Made by a program: the position numbers and the translations under genes
NCBI GenBank assembly: GCA_045559735.1
Contig: JBJLJN010000013.1
Location: 1,343-65,342, forward strand
Length of the DNA: 64,000 bases
Source of the DNA: Candidatus Thalassarchaeum sp.
Lineage (GTDB): Archaea > Thermoplasmatota > Poseidoniia > Poseidoniales > Thalassarchaeaceae
Reading direction: 5' to 3'
The notes under the pieces: generated by a model
What the model saw: the letters and a program-made list of their open reading frames with translations, nothing else
Told to the model about the DNA's origin: nothing
Databases searched by the model: none
Shown: piece by piece, positions 17,126-27,970 of the stretch
Numbering within the stretch: the stretch's first letter is position 1
Layout of the letters: every line of letters starts with the position of its first letter

Positions 17126-20100
17126 ATGAATGAGAATGATACCGCGGCTGAAACTGCGCCTTCCCAGACGGGAATCGCTTCCGCCCCAGCGGTGCTGGTA
17201 ACACTACTAGCACTGTTCTTCGGGGCCGATTATGTCGCGAATGGAGTTATGGAAAATGATGGATATATGCAAGTCCTGATTCTGCCCGCCGTAGCCACAC
17301 TGGCTGCTGCGTTAGGCAGAATGGGTGCCTTTACTTCATTCGGCCAACTCTCCAATTACCGCAGCGCTATTGTGATCTTTGGATTCATTGCTGCCGCGGC
17401 AACCATCTCTCTTGCCTACAATCTGTTTGAAAGCGTTGGCAAGCTGGGAGCATTTACCTTCGCTTTGGTCGGTATTTCGACGTATGTACTGACCCGTTCA
17501 GAGAGAAGGGAAGAATCCAGTATCCTGCTTTCCGTGGTCGTTGGATTCCACTTCGCCGTGTCCCACGCCGCTAACTCGGTGTTGGATTCATCGGACTGGG
17601 CAGGTGCGGCACATGACTTGCTGGATGCCGAGAGGGCCGCAATGGCATCTATCTTCTTTGCATTCTGGGCTACATCAATCGTGGCTGGCGTTATCATCAC
17701 TACTTTGATGAGGCATAGATTGGATTTAGCGGGCTCTGGAGCCTTCGGAAAATCCTTATCGCCATCCGGCCGAGTTATGATGGCAACCCTGACGACCATC
17801 CTGTTGGTCCAAGCGATACCACTGGTTTGGCTAGGGCAACTATCCGGAGTCCAAGAGTACGCCAATCATGAGTATCTTGGCTCTGTTTGGGCGTTGTTCA
17901 CTACTGTGATAGTGCTCTTCGTTACGCTTTGCTACTGTGAGAGGTGGAACGTCATCGGCGCCCTAGTCTCTGTGAACTGGCTGCTGTACACTGTGGGACA
18001 TCTGCAAGAGATAGGGAACGAGTTCCCAAGCTTCCTATCTGGCGAGGATGCGATGAGCACGTTCTCTTGGTTCTTCATTGGTTTCTGGCTCAACGTCGCT
18101 GCAATCATGATCGCCTCCCGTGGCTACTTCGGGGACGTTTCTCCGAGGCACGAACCGAGTCAGGCGCGAATTTGGTGGAGCAACAACTCCTATTCAGTCA
18201 TGGTCGCCCTAGCGCTTTTCGTCGCATTCGCCGTCAGGACTGGATGGAACGTACTGCCTGCGATGAACGCCTCGGCCACCGGCCTGTGGGATATGACCGG
18301 TGGCTCCGACCCTTGGTACATGAAGCGAGTCGTCGATTACATCGTAGCTGAGAGGAGCCACTACATCTTCGACCACGACAGAGCCTATCCGATGGGGGCG
18401 ATTAACCCCCGTCCACCTCTCTTTTCATGGTCACTCGCTCTAGGGGGAATTGGACTATCTTGGCTTCTTGAGATGCCGGTAGACGAGGCGACTTGGTGGA
18501 GCGTCGCTACCATGCCAGCGGTCTTTGGTGCGCTGATTGTACTACCAGTGGCTGCAATCGCAAAGAACGTACACAGTAAGGGAGCAGGTATCTTGGCGGC
18601 TTGGCTGATTGCCCTGATGCCCGGACATATCTCGCATGCAACATTCGGGCTCGCGGACCACGACTCCTTTGCACTCCTTTTCCTCTCTATGGCATTCTAC
18701 TACTGGGTCAGGGCGATAGAAAATCTAGGCACGGACAAACTCTTCCTGAATCCGAGCTCCAGCCCGCTGTATCTGCTGGCAGGAATTAGAGAGACCTGGC
18801 ACAGGAATCCACTTGCGATGGCTTTCGCCACAATGTCTGGCATCTCTTTTGCTACTGTCGCTCTTGGTTGGAAGGGATTCGTATACGGCCCAGGTATTCT
18901 TTTCCTCGCTTTCTCGGGACAGATTGTTCTCAACATGTTCCGCAAGAGGGACAGCCTGCCTCTTACGTCCGTAGCTTTACAGATGCTACTCACTTCCTTC
19001 TTCATACCACTCCCATTCTACATGTGGCCCGGACTCAACCTCGTATTCGATCCCAGTGGATTCCAGCCGATGTTCTATATCATCGGATTCACCATAGCTC
19101 TGGGATGGGTCGCATCCTCCTTCAGAGACAAGCCTTGGCTACTGGTATTAGGCACAGGAGGCCTGTTGATTGGAGGAATACTGATGATACTGTATATCCT
19201 ACAGGAGCTGGAGATCTACAACGGCTGGGATATCCTATTCACAGGTGGATTCTATTTCTCAAAGAACAAGATTTTCGGCACCATCGGAGAGGCTCAGGCG
19301 CCAAGCAGAGGAGTTCTATTTGCTTCCTATGGTCCAGTGGTAGCTCTGATTGCTGTAGGCTGTGCCTTCGTCCTGATGTGGCGTGGCGCCCGCAGAGGAC
19401 GTCAGAGCCACTTACTATTGGGCCTCTGGGTAGTTATTTCCACTTACATGGCATGGTCGGCTGGCAGATTCATCTTCAACGCGACTCCTGCAATGGCGGT
19501 TGTTGGAGGAATAGGCTTAGCTATGCTCTGGGAAGGGGCCAATTTCACCTCATTTGTCAAGGAGTGGCGTCGCTCGGGTATAGGAACTCCGAGAACTAGG
19601 TTCAGGTCGGCCTGGCCAGCGGCCAAGCGCAATCCATCAATCCCCGCTATTCTAGTCATCCTGATGATGGTTGCCTCACAGCATGCCACCTATGGGATTG
19701 ACTCGGGAATTCCTCGAGGAGAGTCTTCTGCGTCAGATGTCGATCAGACGATTCATGACATAGCACCTGATTTCCTCAGAGCCGAGCTACTTGGCCTATC
19801 AGTACTGAAGAGCGAGGGATACAATCCAGAATCTGAGATGTGGTACATGGGAACATTCGGACCTGGATTCAACAGCGGCTCTTGGAATCTGGCCTACGAT
19901 TGGCTGTCTGAACAGGACTCGGATGTGGGCTTCAGCGAGAGGCCAGCCTTCGTTTCTTGGTGGGACTACGGATTCCAGGCGCTGGCCCAAGGCCAGCACC
20001 CCACTGTGGCTGACAATTTCCAGTCAGGAATCCCCCATAGCGGAGGAATGCTGCTTTCCAACAGTCAGGAGGACACCCTGTCCTTGTTCATCACCACGCT

Positions 20101-23100
20101 CGCGCAAGGCGATCGTCGTTACCATGATGGAGACGGATTCACCGACTCTTTCAGTTCAGTTCTCTCTGAGCACATGACAGCTGATCAAATTGAGGAGTAC
20201 AACACCATACTCTCAATCGAGGTCAACGACGAAGCCGAAGTACTATCTAGAGCAATGGCCATAGTCGCTACTGATGGCCATACCGAACTACTTCGTGGCT
20301 ACTCTCTGAATTCCGATGGTCTGCCTGAGCCAGAAGAGAAGTGGATTGTCCTGATTGGTGGGACTCAGATGGGCAACTCAACTGACAACGAGATGGATGC
20401 CTTAGAGCTGTTCAATGCCACCAGACTCAATAACGCCCAATTCGATATAGATAACACACACTACATGATTGGAGGGTACAGATACACCCGCGATTTAATT
20501 GAGGACTTCAATGATGTCTCCACTGGCTTACACCGGACCAATGCGAAACTCGCATTGAGCCGTGCGTTTCTTTCGGCCGCCTTCGACATCAACTCGCTGT
20601 CTGACATCTATCACGACATCACCGAACTAGACTACGAGGTTCAGGATTACCAAGGGACCCTCGGCCAGACTGTTGTTAGGAATAATGATATCCGCTATTT
20701 CGCAATTGATAACAGACTGTATCCTCTTGGAGGCTCTTACTATGGAGACTATCAGTATCATCGCGGACAGACAACCGGTATCTTCCATGCCCCCACCGGT
20801 CTTTCCGGCCTTGACCTAGACGATTACATCACTTCAGTCTACGAGACTCAGAGAGGAGAGAATGGCCCAATCATCCCGAGAACTGCTGAGGAATATGAGA
20901 AGGAGTACCTGGATGACATTATCCGTCAGAGCTCAGGAGCTTCTTCTGACTCAACCGAGATTATCAGAATGGTCGATATCGACTATCAGCAGCAGGCCGC
21001 CTTCTTTGAGACTATGGTGGCGAGATTCTACGTCGGATACTCGACATCCCTGCTCGGACTACCTGGAGATGCCGAGCAACCTGCTCCTCACTTCTACATG
21101 ACAGGTACACCAGGCTCCTACTTGGAGAACGCTTACCCGCTTCCCGGAGCGATGATGAATCACTTTGTCATAGCCAATTGGTATGACCAAGAGCGCTGCG
21201 ATTTACTTCAGAATGGCTCCAAGGCAGATGAGAATTGCACTAACCCGACCATCGGCTCAGCAAATACTCAAGTCAAGATTATGAAGTACTACAGCGGTGC
21301 AACCTTGGAGGGTACCGTAGAGCTAGAAGGCATTGGCCCAATACCCAATGCTAGAGTAATGTTCGAGCGCGACGCATTCAGCGGCGAAGAGATTCCTGAT
21401 GCCGACGGTAATATTGTCGATGCCGATGACAGGACATACTGGATTCCAATTGGATATTCGGATGCCGATGAGAACGGCCACTTCTCGTTCACTGCGCCAG
21501 CAGGTAAGATCAGAGTTTCCGCCTTCATCGGAGATGCTGACCTCGATTCTGCCAGATCGGCAATGATGACTGGAGATGTAGGGCAATCACTAAATGACCT
21601 TTTTGAAGATACTTCTGCAAGTCGCAGCGTCAATCCGATTACTGGAATTCTGGCCAACGTGTCCGGAGCAACCTGGTTGTCTGAAACCATCGTCAACATT
21701 TCCGGAGAGGCCGGCCACAGTAATGGAGAGCACACTGTGTATGGCAATGTCTCTGTCCAACCGTCCCACGCCACTGGGATGCTGGTCTGGTCTGGAGCTG
21801 AATTCTTCGACCAAGACCCACTTACTGATGTGACTGTAGAGATTACCCTTTCTTCCGACCATGTTCAATTACCTCCATACTCGGCAACGACTTCCAGTGG
21901 TGTCGTAGAAGGCTATGACCTGACCTTCGGAGGAATCGGCCAAGTGTCATTTACTGGCGAAGGCTCATTGATATCTCAAGGAGTTGTCACAGTAACTGAC
22001 TTCACAGGCAATCACACCCAGACTATTTCACATAACCATAGCCTTACTGGTGATGGTTTGTTCTCCGGCCGCGGGACTCTATCCGGCATCATTTCTGATG
22101 ATATCGAAATTCCCGATTGTGGTGTCAATTCATCAATGCCTGAGAACCATTCTGTATGCAATCTCTCATCGGGAGATTTCTTGATTGAAGGCGATGTGAA
22201 TGCGACCGGGCGATTCACTTCCAATGGCACCACCGCTTTCAAGAGGAGCCTGAGTCATGCCACCTTGGTAGGTTCGGGAGTGTTTGAAGTTAATACCGCC
22301 GATGACTTGGAGAACTATGGAACTATCAACGGAACCTTCGCTACAGTAGAGGGTGAAGGTATCTTCAGCGGCCCGATGGTCCAACCTGGGACCTTCCACT
22401 TCGTCGATGCAGTGCCTGGAGAGTATGATATTGCAGTTATTTTCGGAGATGAGACCAGAGTCGAACTAGATGAGACATTCACCATACCATTGTTCGGAAA
22501 CCCTGAGGTTTCCACCGTACACATCGCTGGTGGTTCGATTAGTGGCTATCTGCTAAACTCATCTGGTTCTCCAATCAATGCCTCAGTAGCACTGCTTGAG
22601 GAAGATTCTATCTCAACTGATGCCATTGAGATTTGCGATGAACCTGAATCCACACCTTGCTTGCTAATTCCAGATACTGAAGGGTTCTTCGAGTTCGGCC
22701 CTATTGTACCGGGTAATTATACGGTTCAGACCGATGTGGATGGAGATGGTTTCCCAGAGCTCTCTGAGGATTACGTATTCGATTCTGTGTCAGATATAGC
22801 AGTCGAGTTCCCTTCTCCGGTTCCAGACAAATCAGATCTTACCTTCACACTCATTGAGAACGGGAATGAAGCACCCAATCTGAACTTGACACTGCGTCTG
22901 AAGAACGGCACCGGAGATTCTGCTGTTGTCGAATTCGATAACGAGTCCGGAGTCTACAGAGCAGAACTGGCTCTCGGGACTTGGATATTGAATCACACAC
23001 TTTCTGATGAATTGCAACTGTGGGAACAGATTGAAATCGGCGAGGAAGACATCAACGCAGAGTATCAGTTTCAAGTTAGTATTCGCGTTGATGGCACCGT

Positions 23101-26100
23101 ATTCTACGAGGAGAGCCTTGAGGCCCAAGATGGCCCCGATCAGGAGAAATTACTCGATTATGTTCCTGTCGAGTTCCACTGGGATGGATTCAGTACCGTA
23201 GTAGAAACAGATGGAGGTGGGCAATTCTCGGTTATTCTCCCCGAAGACTCAGTAGTCGATGCCACTGTTCAGTTGGCCGGGGCTATGCTGAATCTAGTGA
23301 ACGGTACTAGGTTCACGGTTACTTCTGGCGGACCTAGTATCGGAGGAGAAGTGTATGACAACCTAACTCTGCTGGCTATTCCTGGTTACGCTGTTGAGGG
23401 TGTGGTAAACATCAATCGTGAGCACAACCCACTGCTATCTTACTATGGCGGCTGGAAGCCAATCGTTGTTGTCGCGGACAATTCTGAGACCGATGTCCGC
23501 TGGCACACAGATGTAAGGGAAGACGGCCATTTTGAGATGGCTCTACCAAGGGGCAATTGGACATTTGATTTGGATGCCGACTGGATCGCATCCATCCCAG
23601 CCTATCTTGATGTAGATGGCAAGAACGACACCGTAGAAGTAATCACGAATCCAATCAATAGCACTGTGACCGTTTCTCTATTCATGGATCAAAGCGGCGA
23701 CAATAATGCATCCAATGGGACTCCAGTCACATTCCCATTCGACATAGTTGATGCATTCAACAGTTCGAGAGTAGTCTACAAGGTGGATGGAAATGGAAGC
23801 GAGTGGGCTGCGGAAGGTTTGGCGGAATTCTCTCTTGAGCCTGGATTTTATCGTATCGACATCTCTTCATCTAACTCAGAGGATAATCTCTTCGGCACCC
23901 GGATAATGACCGGTAATACGCGCTTCGATATAGGGCTACTCGGTAACTCCATCGATAGATCTCTAGGCTTCGACCCAGAGTGGAGAGTCAATATCACATT
24001 CACAAATGAGAGTGGCGGAGTTCTTTCTGGCCATTTAGTGGAGATGACAAATGCTCAAACTGGATGGATTCTTTCTCACATGACTGATGAGAACGGGATC
24101 TTGAATGCCCATATTTCTGAGGGAGAATGGATAGTTTCTATCGGACCGTTTGAGACCGCACAGGGGGTAACAGAGATTCTGCGCGAACTCGTCAGCTCTT
24201 CCTCGGAGAATGCAGGAAATGACATTTCTATGTCTACTGCACAAGTGGCTGAATTCGAACTGTCATTGTTTGAGGACTATTCAGGAGATGCGCTTGAAGG
24301 AGTCTCAGTTTCCCTCGAATCGCTTGAGGGATTGGGTTCATTGCAAATCAGTCCTACTGATGCCTCAGGTCTGACAACGGTGGACGTAGCTCCCGGCGAT
24401 TGGCTGATATCACTCAATATAACTGAGAGCGGTCAGAGATGGGTCATTGTCGAATCCGATAACACCACTCTTAATGCCTTCTCTGGCGATAACCCGCGTA
24501 CGAACCTAACAGCCAACAAATTCGTCGAATTGAGTGGGAATGTATTCTGGGACTTCAATGATGACAACTCTTCAAATGTAGGGGAGGGTCTTGAAAATTC
24601 TTCAATTCTCATTGTAGGCCAAGAAAACAACCACTCGGCCACCACGGACAGCAGCGGAGATTGGTCGACCTATGTCCCAGCTGGTACATCTTGGACCGTC
24701 GAGATTTCGGCCGATGGATTCTTGACTCAGAATTTCTCTACCGAAGTGTCCGGAGTCTCCAACTCGGTTGACACTGAAATGTCAGCTCTTCCAGTCTCTG
24801 TTCAAGGGACAGTCTCATACATTGATTCTGAGCAACTATCCTCTATATCCGAAGGAGTAATCCTTGAACTGATTCCGGTTGAGGGGATGGTTCGTGAGAT
24901 AGTTACCCCCGAGAAGGAGATCTTGGATGGATCTTGGACTGGCAACTGGTCAACCGAGGTCGAGCCAGGAGGGTGGATTCTACGGGCCAGTTATGAGGAT
25001 GGCAACCTGATTGCTATGGGGCTTGTAGAAGCTGAGGTTGTGATTGGGGGTTACCTCGATCTGGAGATGACTGAGGGCGGCTGGTTCCGAATGGACACGA
25101 AATGGCTGGACTATGAAGGCGCCTCACGGACCCTCGCAGATACAGATTTGGCAGAATTCAATATGGTCGACGAGCCAAATCTGATCATAAATATTGGAGC
25201 TGGGATGGAATGGGTTCAACCGGTCAACCAAGAGGGCTTCATAGAGATGCTGATGATTCCTGGAATCATTGATGCATCCAGCGAGTTCGAAGTTATACAG
25301 CGAAACCTGACCATGTCCTACACAGGCGGACAAGGAGTAACGATTAGCCCCGGACAGGAGTCCCCTCCGGTCACTCTGTCGCACGTGCGCATAGCGAACC
25401 ATGAGATCTCAGTTTCATTTACCAACAACTCTGGAGGAGATCCCGATTACGAGGGGACAGCAGACAGTGCTAGAGCAGTAGTAGACTCCGAAGGAGGATA
25501 CGACCCAATCGTGTTCCAGATGTCTGTAGAATACCTCGGTCACGAACCATTCGATTCATTCAGCATCACGGGAGAAACCGCCGGAACCGATGGCAGTGAT
25601 TGGCTGGTCGAGTTCCACAACGGTTCCGGACTATGGAATAGCACATCTGAGTTTGACATGGGCCTAGATAACGTCCTGAACTTCTCGGACTTACACGTCA
25701 GGGTGACTCCAGCCAATCAATCTACAGCCCATTCTTTCGCCAATGGCCATACCGTATCGATGACTATCGCATCCACTGATGACGGTTACATGAAGGACCA
25801 ATCTGTGGTTGTTAAGATTCCTCAGATCCATGGTTTCGAGCTTACAGAGCCAATGGATGAGGCCTATGGCATCGAGCCCGGGGAGTCCATTGCCACGGGA
25901 ATAAAATTCACCAATTCTGGTAATGGTGACGAGCTCTACGAGTTCGAGTTCGATGACTCGGAACTACCCGATGGATGGATTCGCACAGGTTCAACATCAC
26001 ACACTATAGGGGCTTTCGTCTCCTCTACTCATAGCGTGTCAGTGATGTCTCCAGCGAATGCAACTGATGAGGAATTCACGATCTATGTCTCAGTTAGAGA

Positions 26101-26620
26101 CAAGGCGAACAACACATATCCAGACATTGAGATTAATGTTCAGACTTCAATGCCCTTACTCCGGATTGTCTCGCATCAGAACTACAATGGTGGCGAGGAC
26201 GCCGAAGCGGGCCAGACTGCACTGTACAAAGTCGTGGTCGTGAACACCGGACTCGTAGATGCCCAGCAAGTGCAGTTGAACGGGACTCTGTGTGATACAT
26301 ACAGTAGTTGTCCGAGTGCTCCCGGTACTGGAGTCATGGGAACTGACATCCGTGACGTACCTGCCAACTCTGAAGTCGTATTCGAGATATCCTTCGATCT
26401 CTCCGATATCAGTCCAGCTACTTACTACTTCCATTTCGAGATAAACAAAACAGGATTCGATTCTGTGGAGGACTACTCGATCACGGACATCAAGGTACGC
26501 TCGCCTCCTGTCGAGGAGTCCTCTGATTGGATCGGCTGGCTGTTGGGGGCCATGCTGATTGTCGCATTGCTGACGTTGACAAGGAGAGGCGGAAGACGAA
26601 GAGGCTCGGCTCCGTTCTGA
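17126..26620 (+). CDS. aglB: Giant archaeal oligosaccharyltransferase AglB (STT3 family), fused to an extra N-terminal polytopic domain and ~1,800 aa of C-terminal beta-sandwich repeats with a terminal TM anchor
   Basis: STT3 catalytic motifs in canonical order: EL1 acidic motif IFDHDRAYPMG (D418/D420; 18371..18379), DxD-type GLADHDSF (18656..18664), EL5 TIXE motif FGTIGEAQ (19280..19291), WWDYG (19958..19972) followed by VADNFQSG. Roughly 350 aa with ~8 hydrophobic helices precede STT3 TM1. From about aa 1390 there are carboxypeptidase-regulatory-like and CARDB/Ig-like repeats. C-terminus WIGWLLGAMLIVALLTLTRRGGRRRG. The ORF opens at TTG 17120; ATG 17126 is preferred. Confidence 0.85.
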   Translation: MNENDTAAETAPSQTGIASAPAVLVTLLALFFGADYVANGVMENDGYMQVLILPAVATLAAALGRMGAFTSFGQLSNYRSAIVIFGFIAAAATISLAYNLFESVGKLGAFTFALVGISTYVLTRSERREESSILLSVVVGFHFAVSHAANSVLDSSDWAGAAHDLLDAERAAMASIFFAFWATSIVAGVIITTLMRHRLDLAGSGAFGKSLSPSGRVMMATLTTILLVQAIPLVWLGQLSGVQEYANHEYLGSVWALFTTVIVLFVTLCYCERWNVIGALVSVNWLLYTVGHLQEIGNEFPSFLSGEDAMSTFSWFFIGFWLNVAAIMIASRGYFGDVSPRHEPSQARIWWSNNSYSVMVALALFVAFAVRTGWNVLPAMNASATGLWDMTGGSDPWYMKRVVDYIVAERSHYIFDHDRAYPMGAINPRPPLFSWSLALGGIGLSWLLEMPVDEATWWSVATMPAVFGALIVLPVAAIAKNVHSKGAGILAAWLIALMPGHISHATFGLADHDSFALLFLSMAFYYWVRAIENLGTDKLFLNPSSSPLYLLAGIRETWHRNPLAMAFATMSGISFATVALGWKGFVYGPGILFLAFSGQIVLNMFRKRDSLPLTSVALQMLLTSFFIPLPFYMWPGLNLVFDPSGFQPMFYIIGFTIALGWVASSFRDKPWLLVLGTGGLLIGGILMILYILQELEIYNGWDILFTGGFYFSKNKIFGTIGEAQAPSRGVLFASYGPVVALIAVGCAFVLMWRGARRGRQSHLLLGLWVVISTYMAWSAGRFIFNATPAMAVVGGIGLAMLWEGANFTSFVKEWRRSGIGTPRTRFRSAWPAAKRNPSIPAILVILMMVASQHATYGIDSGIPRGESSASDVDQTIHDIAPDFLRAELLGLSVLKSEGYNPESEMWYMGTFGPGFNSGSWNLAYDWLSEQDSDVGFSERPAFVSWWDYGFQALAQGQHPTVADNFQSGIPHSGGMLLSNSQEDTLSLFITTLAQGDRRYHDGDGFTDSFSSVLSEHMTADQIEEYNTILSIEVNDEAEVLSRAMAIVATDGHTELLRGYSLNSDGLPEPEEKWIVLIGGTQMGNSTDNEMDALELFNATRLNNAQFDIDNTHYMIGGYRYTRDLIEDFNDVSTGLHRTNAKLALSRAFLSAAFDINSLSDIYHDITELDYEVQDYQGTLGQTVVRNNDIRYFAIDNRLYPLGGSYYGDYQYHRGQTTGIFHAPTGLSGLDLDDYITSVYETQRGENGPIIPRTAEEYEKEYLDDIIRQSSGASSDSTEIIRMVDIDYQQQAAFFETMVARFYVGYSTSLLGLPGDAEQPAPHFYMTGTPGSYLENAYPLPGAMMNHFVIANWYDQERCDLLQNGSKADENCTNPTIGSANTQVKIMKYYSGATLEGTVELEGIGPIPNARVMFERDAFSGEEIPDADGNIVDADDRTYWIPIGYSDADENGHFSFTAPAGKIRVSAFIGDADLDSARSAMMTGDVGQSLNDLFEDTSASRSVNPITGILANVSGATWLSETIVNISGEAGHSNGEHTVYGNVSVQPSHATGMLVWSGAEFFDQDPLTDVTVEITLSSDHVQLPPYSATTSSGVVEGYDLTFGGIGQVSFTGEGSLISQGVVTVTDFTGNHTQTISHNHSLTGDGLFSGRGTLSGIISDDIEIPDCGVNSSMPENHSVCNLSSGDFLIEGDVNATGRFTSNGTTAFKRSLSHATLVGSGVFEVNTADDLENYGTINGTFATVEGEGIFSGPMVQPGTFHFVDAVPGEYDIAVIFGDETRVELDETFTIPLFGNPEVSTVHIAGGSISGYLLNSSGSPINASVALLEEDSISTDAIEICDEPESTPCLLIPDTEGFFEFGPIVPGNYTVQTDVDGDGFPELSEDYVFDSVSDIAVEFPSPVPDKSDLTFTLIENGNEAPNLNLTLRLKNGTGDSAVVEFDNESGVYRAELALGTWILNHTLSDELQLWEQIEIGEEDINAEYQFQVSIRVDGTVFYEESLEAQDGPDQEKLLDYVPVEFHWDGFSTVVETDGGGQFSVILPEDSVVDATVQLAGAMLNLVNGTRFTVTSGGPSIGGEVYDNLTLLAIPGYAVEGVVNINREHNPLLSYYGGWKPIVVVADNSETDVRWHTDVREDGHFEMALPRGNWTFDLDADWIASIPAYLDVDGKNDTVEVITNPINSTVTVSLFMDQSGDNNASNGTPVTFPFDIVDAFNSSRVVYKVDGNGSEWAAEGLAEFSLEPGFYRIDISSSNSEDNLFGTRIMTGNTRFDIGLLGNSIDRSLGFDPEWRVNITFTNESGGVLSGHLVEMTNAQTGWILSHMTDENGILNAHISEGEWIVSIGPFETAQGVTEILRELVSSSSENAGNDISMSTAQVAEFELSLFEDYSGDALEGVSVSLESLEGLGSLQISPTDASGLTTVDVAPGDWLISLNITESGQRWVIVESDNTTLNAFSGDNPRTNLTANKFVELSGNVFWDFNDDNSSNVGEGLENSSILIVGQENNHSATTDSSGDWSTYVPAGTSWTVEISADGFLTQNFSTEVSGVSNSVDTEMSALPVSVQGTVSYIDSEQLSSISEGVILELIPVEGMVREIVTPEKEILDGSWTGNWSTEVEPGGWILRASYEDGNLIAMGLVEAEVVIGGYLDLEMTEGGWFRMDTKWLDYEGASRTLADTDLAEFNMVDEPNLIINIGAGMEWVQPVNQEGFIEMLMIPGIIDASSEFEVIQRNLTMSYTGGQGVTISPGQESPPVTLSHVRIANHEISVSFTNNSGGDPDYEGTADSARAVVDSEGGYDPIVFQMSVEYLGHEPFDSFSITGETAGTDGSDWLVEFHNGSGLWNSTSEFDMGLDNVLNFSDLHVRVTPANQSTAHSFANGHTVSMTIASTDDGYMKDQSVVVKIPQIHGFELTEPMDEAYGIEPGESIATGIKFTNSGNGDELYEFEFDDSELPDGWIRTGSTSHTIGAFVSSTHSVSVMSPANATDEEFTIYVSVRDKANNTYPDIEINVQTSMPLLRIVSHQNYNGGEDAEAGQTALYKVVVVNTGLVDAQQVQLNGTLCDTYSSCPSAPGTGVMGTDIRDVPANSEVVFEISFDLSDISPATYYFHFEINKTGFDSVEDYSITDIKVRSPPVEESSDWIGWLLGAMLIVALLTLTRRGGRRRGSAPF

Positions 26621-26627
26621 ACTCTAC

Positions 26628-26636
26628 TCTATATAC
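26628..26636 (+). promoter_or_regulatory. Putative archaeal TATA box upstream of the S8 protease gene
   Basis: TCTATATAC is centred ~35 nt upstream of ATG 26667, in the 46-nt gap after aglB. This would give a very short leader. Confidence 0.3.
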
Positions 26637-26666
26637 GAACAGCAACTCATCGCTCTTGGTGATCAA

Positions 26667-27902
26667 ATGTCTGCCTTAGACAAGCTGGAGCTGATGCCTG
26701 AACCGGATGATCCGAGGATGATGACGGCAGTTGACACAGATGCCCCAGGTTATCCTGGAGATGTATATGGGATATCCGACGAGGCAGCTAGGCAGCTTCG
26801 CTGGCCTGCGGCCCCACTGAAAGAGATATTGTGGCCATGGGGGGCCATTACCTTTGCATTCGGTGCTGCCTTCATGCTACTTGTTTGGCCTTACATCAAT
26901 GCATATATCTCCCCAATTATCCCTGAGACCGAATGGGCCTTCGACTCCACAGGGATTCGTGAGTTACAGGAGTCCGGACTCGATGGTACTGGAGTCCATG
27001 TCTGTATGGTGGATACCGGAATCGACGCCGAACATCCGGATTTCGTCAATCTCTCGTTGGTTGGCTTTAGGGACTTCTACGAGGGTCAGAATGACAATAT
27101 CAGAGACGTGGGTGATGACTGGCATGGAACGATGATGGCCGGGCTTCTGGTAGCCGACGGTAAATTCCGTGGAGCTGCTCCCGGCGTAGATCTTTCAGTC
27201 GCCCTCGCTCTCGGACCCTCTGGCACTTCAGGACAAGAGGACTTGGTGGCACAGGCAGTACGCTGGTGCAGAATAACTCAGGAAGCTGATATAATCAGCC
27301 TGAGTCTAGGGGGCAATCCTGGTAGCGGAATGACAGAACAGTCGCAGACCGCGCGGGCAGTTGAGGAGGCATTAGAGGCTGGAATTTTCGTAGTAGCAGC
27401 TGCGGGGAACAGGGACTCGGATGAAATTTTCTCGGATGTCTCGGTTCCTGCGAATGTAGAGGGAGTGATTGCAGTCGGGTCAATCACTCGAAGTGGAACA
27501 ATTTGGCCGCAGTCCGCAACCGGTTCATTAGTCGACCCATATACGCAACAGAATCGCACATACCCCAACCAGAAACCAGAGGTGTCAGCACCCGGTGTTC
27601 TATTGCTCTCTACTGCCGGTTCGGCATTGGAGCCACCCTATGCCTATTCGTCAGGTACCAGCGACTCGACAGTACTAGTCACAGGGGTCCTCGCAATGAT
27701 ATTACAGTTACATGGAGATGCATTGGAAGGAGAAGATGGTACAATCGGGCCCGAGGACATGGCCCTCGTCAAGAGGTCATTAGCCAGTTCCTGCGATAAA
27801 TCATCTATCAACGAGGCTTCACATGACTTGAGAGGCGGATATGGGTCGTTGGATGCAGTAAAGTGGGCTGATGATGTGGCTTTCGAACTAAATGCTGCCT
27901 AA
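26667..27902 (+). CDS. Membrane-anchored subtilisin-like serine protease (peptidase S8)
   Basis: Catalytic triad contexts VCMVDTGIDAEHPDF (Asp), WHGTMMAGLL (His) and SSGTSDSTVLVTGVLA (Ser). Oxyanion-region SLSLGGN. One N-proximal TM helix (WGAITFAFGAAFMLLVWPYINAYI). Confidence 0.85.
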   Translation: MSALDKLELMPEPDDPRMMTAVDTDAPGYPGDVYGISDEAARQLRWPAAPLKEILWPWGAITFAFGAAFMLLVWPYINAYISPIIPETEWAFDSTGIRELQESGLDGTGVHVCMVDTGIDAEHPDFVNLSLVGFRDFYEGQNDNIRDVGDDWHGTMMAGLLVADGKFRGAAPGVDLSVALALGPSGTSGQEDLVAQAVRWCRITQEADIISLSLGGNPGSGMTEQSQTARAVEEALEAGIFVVAAAGNRDSDEIFSDVSVPANVEGVIAVGSITRSGTIWPQSATGSLVDPYTQQNRTYPNQKPEVSAPGVLLLSTAGSALEPPYAYSSGTSDSTVLVTGVLAMILQLHGDALEGEDGTIGPEDMALVKRSLASSCDKSSINEASHDLRGGYGSLDAVKWADDVAFELNAA

Positions 27903-27963
27903 TCGGCAGCATCAACATAGCCGAACAGTATCACTCGAGCCTACGGCTCGATACTACCCTATG

Positions 27964-27970
27964 ATTAAAT
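27964..27970 (+). promoter_or_regulatory. Putative TATA box for a leaderless transcript of the beta-helix exoprotein gene
   Basis: ATTAAAT is centred ~26 nt upstream of ATG 27993. That spacing is typical of archaeal leaderless mRNAs. Confidence 0.3.
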
